From NCBI GenBank assembly GCA_036338695.1, contig JAYZBQ010000040.1:1-21879 (forward strand): a DNA stretch of 21,879 nt, written 5' to 3'. Positions within the stretch are counted from its first letter, which is position 1; each line of letters opens with the position of its first letter. The notes under the pieces are model-generated. The model had not been told where the DNA came from and searched no databases. It saw only the letters and a program-made list of their open reading frames with translations. This document shows, one piece after another, positions 1-8,473 of this stretch. The translations under genes and the position numbers were made by a program. The DNA comes from Myxococcota bacterium (GTDB taxonomy: Bacteria > Myxococcota > UBA4151).

Positions 1-660
1 GATCTGTCCCACGGCGCAGCCCTCGTCGGAGCGGCAGCCTTGGACGCAGCTCTCGCTGACGCAGATCAAACCCGACGCGCCGCACTGGGCGTCCTCGAGA
101 CACTCCACACACCGACCGCTGCCTTCGTCACAGACGCCCTCGGCACAGGGTCGGTTGGGGCCACAGGTCGACGTACACTCGTTGTCAACGCAGGTGTTAC
201 CAAAGCCATAATCGATGCAGTGCGCGTCGGTCGAGCACTGACGACACGTACCCCCGTTCGGGCCACGCTCCGTACAGATCGGTCGCGCCGGGGAGCAGTT
301 GGCGTCAGGGCAATCCTCGGGCGCATCACAGCCCGCCGGGAAGTTGCTACGGCACCCCTGGACGCATCGGTTACCAACACAGATCTGACCGCCCTCGCAG
401 TCTCCGTCGCTGAAACAATCCAGACACTCGCCCTCACGGCAGACCTGTCCCTCGTCGCAGTCGGTGTCGCGCGCACATGGCGGCAGCCCGGCGTCCACAC
501 CATCGCCAGTGTCCGACACCCCCGAATCAAGGGCCACGCCCGGTCCGCAGGTTGGGCAGATCGGCGAGGGCGCCACACCGCCCCCAAACGCCACCGCAAC
601 AGCCAAAATGCTAACGACTCGAATCACCGCCACGCTCTGTTTCATTCGCTGCTTGTCCAT
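1..660 (-). CDS. Cys-rich exported/surface protein (partial, continues past left edge)
   Basis: Manual translation from ATG at 660 (alternative ATG at 645) stays open to base 1: MDKQRMKQSVAVIRVVSILAVAVAFGGGVAPSPICPTCG..., then repeated CxxDxDCxxGxxCxxxxC units (CARDTDCDEGQVCREGEC, CFSDGDCEGGQICVGNRC, CLEDAQCGASGLICVSESC). N-terminus is basic then hydrophobic. Not in the ORF track because no stop lies in the window. Confidence 0.85.
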   Translation of the reverse strand, partial: MDKQRMKQSVAVIRVVSILAVAVAFGGGVAPSPICPTCGPGVALDSGVSDTGDGVDAGLPPCARDTDCDEGQVCREGECLDCFSDGDCEGGQICVGNRCVQGCRSNFPAGCDAPEDCPDANCSPARPICTERGPNGGTCRQCSTDAHCIDYGFGNTCVDNECTSTCGPNRPCAEGVCDEGSGRCVECLEDAQCGASGLICVSESCVQGCRSDEGCAVGQI

Positions 661-747
661 TTGAATCTTGATGACTGGCGGGAGCTTAGCTTGGAAGTGA
701 CCACTTGACCATGCCCGGTCGATGGATTTGGTTGGACCTGAGATCAC

Positions 748-1986
748 ATGACCGCTCGCGTGCACATACCTTGGGTGACGCTCGCCGTTGCGACGACGGT
801 GATCGGAGCTTCTGTCGCAGCGTGGTGGAGCGTCGGTCTGCCCCTGACAGCCGACACAGCCGTGCGCTGCGGTGGGCGCGACGCGCTGGCGCTGCACCTG
901 GGACAGACCTGGCGGCTGATCTCGGCCGGCCTCTTGCACTCGGACCTCCACCATCTGCTCTGGAACCTCCTGCCAAGCTTGCCCATTCTGGTGCTGATCG
1001 AGCGACGACAAGGCAGCCTCACGGCGCTGGGTCTGACCCTCGGGTGCATCACCTACGGGCATGGCTTGGGCGCCTTGCTGCAAGGCGGCACCTCGGTCGG
1101 GTTTTCACCGGCGCTGTTCGGCCTGATCGCCGGCTTCTCCATTGTTAATGCTCGCCGTTACCCGCGTCTGGCGCGCCTGGGCACGTTCTACCTGATCGTC
1201 GGCGGATTCGCCTCACTTCGCTTCGCCAACGTCGACCTGGCGAGTCACCTCGGCGGCGTTCTGGCGGGGGGCTTCCTGAGCTTCTGGTGGAGCACCAGGC
1301 GGCGTGCGGGTGAGCTGATGCTCATCGCGCTCATGCCGCTGATGATGAGCTACACGCTGACTACACAAGCCACCGGCTGGTCGCTACCGGATCAAGGGCT
1401 CAAGCTCCAAGTCCACCCGACCCTGAGCGTCCAAGTCGACCCCACGACGCGGTGTTCGCCCGATGGTTTAGTCTGCGCCTCCGTACAGACGCAGCGCGTC
1501 GCAAGGCGGCACGACTTCCCTGCGTGGTCCGATCGATGCGCCGGTCATCTCGGCGCGCTCGGTCCGAGCCGCTGCCTAACGCAACGTCCCGAGCAGCTCT
1601 GCCAACTCGAACGCCGTGGTCTCTATGAACACTCCGTGTGCCTTCGGTCAGGCTCGGCGCGCGCCCTAAGCGCGCTGCGCAGCTTGATCCAGACGATCGA
1701 GTTGGTGCCCCCAAGCGATCAGCTGCCGACGGATAGCCTCTTCTCAAACGCCATACGAGCACACCGCCTCGGCGACACCGAGCGCGCACAGGCGCTGTAC
1801 AGGGAAGCGATGGCCGAGGCGCCACTCGACGCCAAGCGCCCGTTCCTGGCAGCGCTCCTCGAGCTCGATTTCACGGGCGATCTTGGCGCCGCCGAGCGGC
1901 TCGCTCGGCGTGCAACGACACTCGACGCAATACACCCAGATGGTCGAGCGTTGTTGCTCGAGATCCAGTCGAAGCGGTCGCCATGA
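748..1986 (+). CDS. Rhomboid family intramembrane serine protease with C-terminal Cys-containing domain and TPR-like helices
   Basis: WRLISAGLLHSDLHHLLWN (WR and HxxxN motifs), GFSP at the GxSG catalytic-Ser position, SHLGG catalytic His, several hydrophobic segments. C-terminal AQALYREAMAEAPLDA...AERLARRATTLDAIHPDG is TPR-like. Confidence 0.85.
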   Translation: MTARVHIPWVTLAVATTVIGASVAAWWSVGLPLTADTAVRCGGRDALALHLGQTWRLISAGLLHSDLHHLLWNLLPSLPILVLIERRQGSLTALGLTLGCITYGHGLGALLQGGTSVGFSPALFGLIAGFSIVNARRYPRLARLGTFYLIVGGFASLRFANVDLASHLGGVLAGGFLSFWWSTRRRAGELMLIALMPLMMSYTLTTQATGWSLPDQGLKLQVHPTLSVQVDPTTRCSPDGLVCASVQTQRVARRHDFPAWSDRCAGHLGALGPSRCLTQRPEQLCQLERRGLYEHSVCLRSGSARALSALRSLIQTIELVPPSDQLPTDSLFSNAIRAHRLGDTERAQALYREAMAEAPLDAKRPFLAALLELDFTGDLGAAERLARRATTLDAIHPDGRALLLEIQSKRSP

Positions 1987-3410
1987 ACGAACGACAGAAA
2001 AAGATCTTCTGGACCTTCCTTGGGCTCCTGCTGACGAGTCAATGCGTGAGCGTCATCGTCTCGTTTCCCGCCTCATCGGATGCGCTGCGGGTCTGGGTCT
2101 CGCCTCGCCTGGTGCTCGGATCCAAGGCGCAGCTACGCGCCGTGATCGTTAACCAGAGCGACCTGGCGCACCGCGCAGGCGTCCGTTATCGCATCACGCT
2201 GCACCAGGACAAACGGGAGCAGCCGCTGATCGAGAAGACCGTCGATGGGCGTGTCCTGGACCTCGGCTTCCTCGTGCCGCGCTGGAAGGCAGGCCCTGCG
2301 CGCCTCGTCGTGCACGCCCAGGTAGAGAGCCTCAGCCAGCGCGTGGCGGTCCCCATCGAGCTCATCGAGGCGCCTGAGCTCGGCGTGACCTGGTCCGAGC
2401 CCTGGCGCGCCTACGCGGCGCAGTCACCCGCCGACCCTGCAGAACGCGAAACGCCCCGGGCTCAGGCCTTGCCCGTCCAAGCCTTCCCGGTGACCGGCTG
2501 GGCGGTCCGCAACATCGAGCTGCCGCTCATCCTCAAACGTCGGTCGGGGAGCGCCCTACGCGTTCGCCCTGAAGGAGCGGGACAGCTCGGTACCGTTTTT
2601 GATCACGAAGGTTTTGCGCAGATCACCATGGGTCAACCGCTCCACCGGGGGCGCTATCGGGTCGAGATCGCCGACGCTGCGGGCTCTTGGAGCGCGCACG
2701 ACCTGTGGCTTCATAACCCCCCCTCGGAGCTACAGATCACGGCGAGCAAGAGAGCGCTTCGGCCGGGCGAGAAGACGACCTTACGTCTTCGCTCAGACAA
2801 CCGAAAGAGCAGCTACACCTTGCAGCTCTACCGCGGCGGTCAATGGGAGGGGATGCACGAGGTCGCCATGAGCGGCGGCGAGGGGACCTGGGACTACACC
2901 GCACCGCAGACCCCCGGCTGGGTCTCCATCGTCTGGGCCTCGGACCTAGTAACCGATAGCCGTCGCAAAGCCTTCATCACGCTTCGGGTGGGTGATGCGC
3001 CCTTTCCTGTGGGGCTCACCGGCGCCCTATCCCAACCCACCGGCACCAACGCCACCCTCGCCCGGCTCAGCCGGGTCCACCCCAACCGACTTCAGCCGAC
3101 CTTACGCGCCGACACCACGGCGCTGCGCAAGTCACAAGTCGAGGAGGAGCGCCGAATCCGTCAGGGCTACGCCGCGATGGTCTTTCAAGGGATCTCAGTC
3201 GCGTTCATGTCGTGGCTCTGTTTGAATATTTTAGCCCTGTACATCAGTCGAAAGAGGAGCCGCAGGGCGCTGGCGCTTGAGATGGAAGAGGCGGAAGTTC
3301 TCACCGGTCACGAGTTCCAAACCCTGGGCACGATTTTAGTCTTGCTGGGCCTTCTTTGCTTGCTGCTCGTGATCGGGTATCTTTTCAACCACATGGTGTG
3401 GGGCTGGTAG
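1983..3410 (+). CDS. Membrane protein: N-terminal TM/signal, beta-rich (Ig/macroglobulin-like) extracytoplasmic region, two C-terminal TM helices
   Basis: 475-aa ORF with ATGA overlap with the rhomboid stop. Hydrophobic N-terminus and two C-terminal hydrophobic stretches. LQITASKRALRPGEKTTLRL resembles alpha-2-macroglobulin MG-domain strands (inferred). Confidence 0.7.
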   Translation: MNERQKKIFWTFLGLLLTSQCVSVIVSFPASSDALRVWVSPRLVLGSKAQLRAVIVNQSDLAHRAGVRYRITLHQDKREQPLIEKTVDGRVLDLGFLVPRWKAGPARLVVHAQVESLSQRVAVPIELIEAPELGVTWSEPWRAYAAQSPADPAERETPRAQALPVQAFPVTGWAVRNIELPLILKRRSGSALRVRPEGAGQLGTVFDHEGFAQITMGQPLHRGRYRVEIADAAGSWSAHDLWLHNPPSELQITASKRALRPGEKTTLRLRSDNRKSSYTLQLYRGGQWEGMHEVAMSGGEGTWDYTAPQTPGWVSIVWASDLVTDSRRKAFITLRVGDAPFPVGLTGALSQPTGTNATLARLSRVHPNRLQPTLRADTTALRKSQVEEERRIRQGYAAMVFQGISVAFMSWLCLNILALYISRKRSRRALALEMEEAEVLTGHEFQTLGTILVLLGLLCLLLVIGYLFNHMVWGW

Positions 3411-3429
3411 CCCCCTCGGAGTACACAAC

Positions 3430-3858
3430 ATGAAGATGATGGCTTTGTCCCTTGCGCTCTTTGGTCTGTCGGCGACCGCCGCCCAACCGGTTGGTGAGGC
3501 GACCCAGATCGATCCGAAAGAAAAAGCGGAACTCACGCTCAAAGCACCCGATAAGCTGAAGGTGAAGCAGAGCGCCGAGCTCAGTTTTCACATCAAGCCG
3601 GAGAAGGGGTGGAAAGTGAGCTTTGAAGCGCCGCTGTCTGTCAAACTCTCCAACGCAGGGAAAGTGACGATCAAACAGCGCAAGCTGGGGATTAAAGACG
3701 GTAGGAAAGATGGCGAGGGTGTGGTGCTCTCGACGACAGTCCAAGGCGCAAGCTCGGGTGCAGACAAGGTAACCGCCAAAGCGGTCTACTTCTTGTGCAC
3801 CGCCGACGTGTGCAAGCGGTTCTCGGCCAAACGGGAGATCGCCCTCAAGGTGAACTAA
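3430..3858 (+). CDS. Exported stand-alone DsbD N-terminal (DsbD-alpha)-like protein
   Basis: GGAG RBS upstream, signal peptide (ATAA-Q), Lys-rich beta-strand pattern, IKPEKGWKV and C-terminal YFLCTADVC Cys pair resembling the DsbD-alpha redox loop. Confidence 0.65.
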   Translation: MKMMALSLALFGLSATAAQPVGEATQIDPKEKAELTLKAPDKLKVKQSAELSFHIKPEKGWKVSFEAPLSVKLSNAGKVTIKQRKLGIKDGRKDGEGVVLSTTVQGASSGADKVTAKAVYFLCTADVCKRFSAKREIALKVN

Positions 3859-3859
3859 C

Positions 3860-6800
3860 ATGCTCAAGCGCTCGCTACCTCTCATCCTCCTCCTCAGCCT
3901 GGCTTGCGACCCGCAGTCCATCCCGAGCAATTCGGGCTTGGACACGGGAGCCACCACAGGGAGCGACCGTGACGCCGGCGACCAGACGCCAAGCGATGCG
4001 GGGCAGGTGGTCATCGTCCCCGACACCGGCCCTCAACCCGACGGCTGTGAAGATGGAGACGGAGATGGTTACGGGCTCGGCGTCGACTGCCTCGGCAGCG
4101 ACTGCGACGACAACAACCCATGGCTCCACCCCGGCATCGTAGAGAACCGCCCGTTTTGCAGCGTCGACGATGACCCGAACTGTGACGCGAGCGACCTCCC
4201 CTTCTGCGACGGCATCGACAACAACTGCGACGGCGTGGTCGACGAGGGCTGCCCATGCCAAGACGGCGTGGTGGAGAGCTGCTACGACGCGCCTCGAGCG
4301 ACCCTCGCCAACGGCTCGTGTACCGCTGGTTTCAGGACCTGCAACGCAGGCATCTGGAGCGACTGTCAGGGGGCGGTGCTGCCGGCGAACGAGCTGTGCA
4401 ACGGGCGGGACGACGACTGCGACGGGCGCGTCGACGAAGAGGTCTTGAACGCCTGCGGTGTCTGTGGCGAGGTCCCCGAAGAGCGCTGCAACGGTCAAGA
4501 CGATGACTGCGACGGCGAGATCGATGAGGGCGTGCTCAATGCTTGCGGCGGCTGCGGCGAGCTCCCGGCTGAGCTGTGCGGCCCGAACAATCGAGGCGAC
4601 GGCATCGACAACAACTGCAACAATGTCGTCGACGAAGGCTGCCTGCCTGTCCAGGGCGACAGCTGCGACGGGCGCACGCGCCAGCCATGCTACGAGGGCC
4701 CAGGCCACACGGCGGGCCGAGGCGTCTGTCAGGGTGGCTTGCGTGACTGCGTCAACGACGTCTGGGGAGCCTGCGTCGGTCAGGTCCTCCCGGAGGCACA
4801 AGAGCAATGCGGCAATGGGATCGATGACGACTGCAACGGCCTGATCGACGACAACTGCCAACCTCGAGATTGCATCCCGGTCGCCGAGATCTGCGGCGAC
4901 AACATCGACAACGACTGCGACGGGGTCGTCGACGACGGCTGCCCCGGTCATGGCTGCACCCCCTCTGACGAGGTCTGCGACGGCAACGACAACGACTGCG
5001 ACGGGCTCGTCGACGAGGGCGTGATGAACGCCTGCGGTCGCTGCGGCAACGTGCCAGCAGAGCAATGCGGCGACGGGGTCGATAACAACTGCAACGGCGC
5101 CATCGACGAAGGCTGCGCCTGTGAGCCGGTGGTCGCCTGTGATGACGAACCTGGCAGCCCCTTAGGGTGCCGCACCTGCTACGCTGGTCCGCAGGGAACC
5201 GAAGGCGTCGGTCAGTGCAGCGGCGGTCTGCAACGCTGCGGCGAGCAGTGGCTCGATGAATGCATCGGGCAGGTCCTGCCAGCGCAAGAAGTCTGCGACG
5301 GCATCGACAACGACTGCGACGGAGACGTCGATGAGGGCGTGCTCAACGCTTGCGGTCAGTGTGGGCTCGCACCGGTCGAGGTCTGCGACGGCGTAGACAA
5401 CAATTGCGACGGCGAGATCGACGAGGGCGTTCTGAACGCCTGCGGCGGTTGCGGCGCCGTGCCCGATGAGGTGTGCGACGGGCAGGACAACGACTGCGAC
5501 GGCGAGGTGGATGAGTTTGTCCTCAACGCCTGTGGGCAGTGCGGAGAGGACCCCGTTGAGGTCTGCGACGGTCAGGATAATGACTGCGACGGGTTGGTCG
5601 ATGAAGGCGTCGTCAACGCCTGCGGTCTATGCGACGCCCCCTGCTACGAAGAGCCGTGGCAAGGCGAGAACTCGTGGAATGCGGGTGAGCGTGAGGGCAC
5701 CGAGGTGGAGCCAGGGCGCGGCGTAACGCTCGGTCAGAGCGCGTGGAGCCTACCATTCATCTGGGTCGCCAACTCAGCTGAGAACACTGTCTCTAAGCTC
5801 AACACCAGCAACGGCGCTGAGCTTGGGCGCTATCGGATGCCACCAGGCAGCGGCAGCCCGAGCCGAACCGCCGTGGACCTGGACGGGAACGTCTGGGCGG
5901 GGAACCGGTCTGGGGGCACCTTGGTCAAGATCGCAGTGGCGGAAGCAGACTGCATTGACCGCAACAACAACGGACAGATCGATACAAGCCGCGACGCCAA
6001 CAACAACAACCGGATCGACGGCAACGAGATCATGGCCGCGAACGCAGACGAATGCGTGGTCTTGGTGGTCAACCCACCAGGAAACTGCGTGCGAGCGGTC
6101 GCTATTGACGCTGAGAACCGTGTCTGGGCGGGCATGTGGGACGAGTCCCGTTACTACGTGATCAACGGCACCACCGGTCAGATCACTGGCTCGGTCGACT
6201 CGGGCGGCAACCCCTATGGCGCCGTGATCGACGGCAACAACCTGTGGTCATCCAACCGCGGCAACGGCACGCTGACGCGTATCAACGTGCAGCAGGTCCA
6301 GCGCACCGGGACCTGGTCGGTCCCTGCGGGGAACCTCTATGGCATCGGCGTCGACCCCGAAGGCGACGTCTGGATCGGTCAGTACAGCGCTGGCACGGTC
6401 GCCGAGTTCAACCCGCGCAGCCAGTCCTTCCGGCGGATCTCGCTCATGGGGTACCCGCGCGGGATCGCCATCACGGGGGCTGGTGAGGTCTTCGTAGGGC
6501 TCTACAGCGCCAACCGAATCGGCCGGATCAACAGCCGCACCGGTCAGGTCTTGGGTCAGTACGGCGTGGGTCAAACCGGCGTGATCGGCGTGGCGCTCGA
6601 TGATCAAGGCTTCGTCTGGGGCGTGAACTACAGCTCGCAGTCAGCGACCAAGATGCGGCAAAATGGGCAGGTCGTCGGCAGCCACCCTGTGGGGTCCGGA
6701 CCGTACACCTACTCGGACATGACCGGACAGGCGCTGCGCACCTTCACCGTGCGCAACGGCACCTGGCGCCGTCGCTTCGACACGGGTCGCGAGGCGGGCG

Positions 6801-7051
6801 ATGCCATCTTCCACCACGCCAACTGGACAGGCGATATGCCCGCCGAGACGCGGATCCGTCTTCGGTTCCGAAGCGGGCGCACACCGGCTGAGACCGACGC
6901 CGCGGATTACGGTCCGTGGACCGAGCTCAACCCGGCGCCGATCTCGGTCCCGATGGGGCGCTATCTCGACGTACAGGTCGGGTTGATCTCGAACGGGCGC
7001 GAGGCGCGCCCCTTCTTCCGAGACGTCGTCATCCACTGGTCACGCCTCTAG
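3860..7051 (+). CDS. Lipoprotein with 12 Cys/Asp 'putative metal-binding' (MopE-like) repeats and a C-terminal Vgb/NHL-type beta-propeller
   Basis: Lipobox SLAC. Twelve CDGxDNDCDGxVDE-type repeats, then FIWVANS...SPSRTAVDLDGNVW...YGIGVDPEGDVW...PYTYSDMTG propeller blades. Starts 1 nt after the upstream stop. Confidence 0.88.
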   Translation: MLKRSLPLILLLSLACDPQSIPSNSGLDTGATTGSDRDAGDQTPSDAGQVVIVPDTGPQPDGCEDGDGDGYGLGVDCLGSDCDDNNPWLHPGIVENRPFCSVDDDPNCDASDLPFCDGIDNNCDGVVDEGCPCQDGVVESCYDAPRATLANGSCTAGFRTCNAGIWSDCQGAVLPANELCNGRDDDCDGRVDEEVLNACGVCGEVPEERCNGQDDDCDGEIDEGVLNACGGCGELPAELCGPNNRGDGIDNNCNNVVDEGCLPVQGDSCDGRTRQPCYEGPGHTAGRGVCQGGLRDCVNDVWGACVGQVLPEAQEQCGNGIDDDCNGLIDDNCQPRDCIPVAEICGDNIDNDCDGVVDDGCPGHGCTPSDEVCDGNDNDCDGLVDEGVMNACGRCGNVPAEQCGDGVDNNCNGAIDEGCACEPVVACDDEPGSPLGCRTCYAGPQGTEGVGQCSGGLQRCGEQWLDECIGQVLPAQEVCDGIDNDCDGDVDEGVLNACGQCGLAPVEVCDGVDNNCDGEIDEGVLNACGGCGAVPDEVCDGQDNDCDGEVDEFVLNACGQCGEDPVEVCDGQDNDCDGLVDEGVVNACGLCDAPCYEEPWQGENSWNAGEREGTEVEPGRGVTLGQSAWSLPFIWVANSAENTVSKLNTSNGAELGRYRMPPGSGSPSRTAVDLDGNVWAGNRSGGTLVKIAVAEADCIDRNNNGQIDTSRDANNNNRIDGNEIMAANADECVVLVVNPPGNCVRAVAIDAENRVWAGMWDESRYYVINGTTGQITGSVDSGGNPYGAVIDGNNLWSSNRGNGTLTRINVQQVQRTGTWSVPAGNLYGIGVDPEGDVWIGQYSAGTVAEFNPRSQSFRRISLMGYPRGIAITGAGEVFVGLYSANRIGRINSRTGQVLGQYGVGQTGVIGVALDDQGFVWGVNYSSQSATKMRQNGQVVGSHPVGSGPYTYSDMTGQALRTFTVRNGTWRRRFDTGREAGDAIFHHANWTGDMPAETRIRLRFRSGRTPAETDAADYGPWTELNPAPISVPMGRYLDVQVGLISNGREARPFFRDVVIHWSRL
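5288..5635 (+). repeat. Four degenerate in-frame 90-bp tandem coding repeats (30-aa unit EVCDGxDNDCDGxVDEGVLNACGxC)
   Basis: Units begin at 5288, 5378, 5468 and 5558, an exact 90-nt period, with many third-position differences. Confidence 0.9.
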
Positions 7052-7289
7052 CGCCAGGGGGAGCAGCGACAAGAGCGAGTTCGCTTAGCCGGCGTGCGTG
7101 GGTGACCTGCGCTCGGTTGCTCGTGCTCTGCACAGCCATCGCCAGCGGCCTAGGCTCGAGCGTGTGGTGCGTCAGTTCGTCGATCGAAGAGCCCCCAACG
7201 GCGTGCCATCCCGCTTGAGCGAATCACCGCTCTTCGGCGCCACCGAGGCAGAGGGGGTGGCTCACGGGCTCGCTGCGTAGGGGCGCCTT

Positions 7290-7321
7290 AAACGAAAAGG
7301 CACGCCCTCGCAGGCGTGCCC
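7290..7321 (-). terminator. Intrinsic terminator after the cyclophilin gene
   Basis: Minus strand reads GGCACGCC-TGCGAG-GGCGTGCC-TTTTCGTTT, about 25 nt after the stop codon. Confidence 0.8.
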
Positions 7322-7344
7322 TCTCATGACGACGTTGGGTCGGC

Positions 7345-8409
<1,065 letters not shown>

Positions 8410-8473
8410 GGACGTCTCCTCATGACGCCGCTGCCTGCCAAGATTGTTTCGGTGGGTAAAGCCCTAACTCGAC

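Noticed and set aside
40..708. 222-aa + strand ORF
   Set aside because: Antisense shadow of the Cys-rich minus-strand gene, with no recognisable motifs.
3875..5065. 396-aa Val-rich minus-strand ORF
   Set aside because: Antisense read of GAC/AAC-rich repeat codons of the lipoprotein.
5288..5635. Regular repeats as a possible CRISPR array or DGR
   Set aside because: Repeats are in-frame and degenerate at synonymous sites, with no unique spacers and no cas or reverse transcriptase gene in the window.
7098..7280. 60-aa intergenic ORF
   Set aside because: GTG start without a clear RBS and no recognisable motif.
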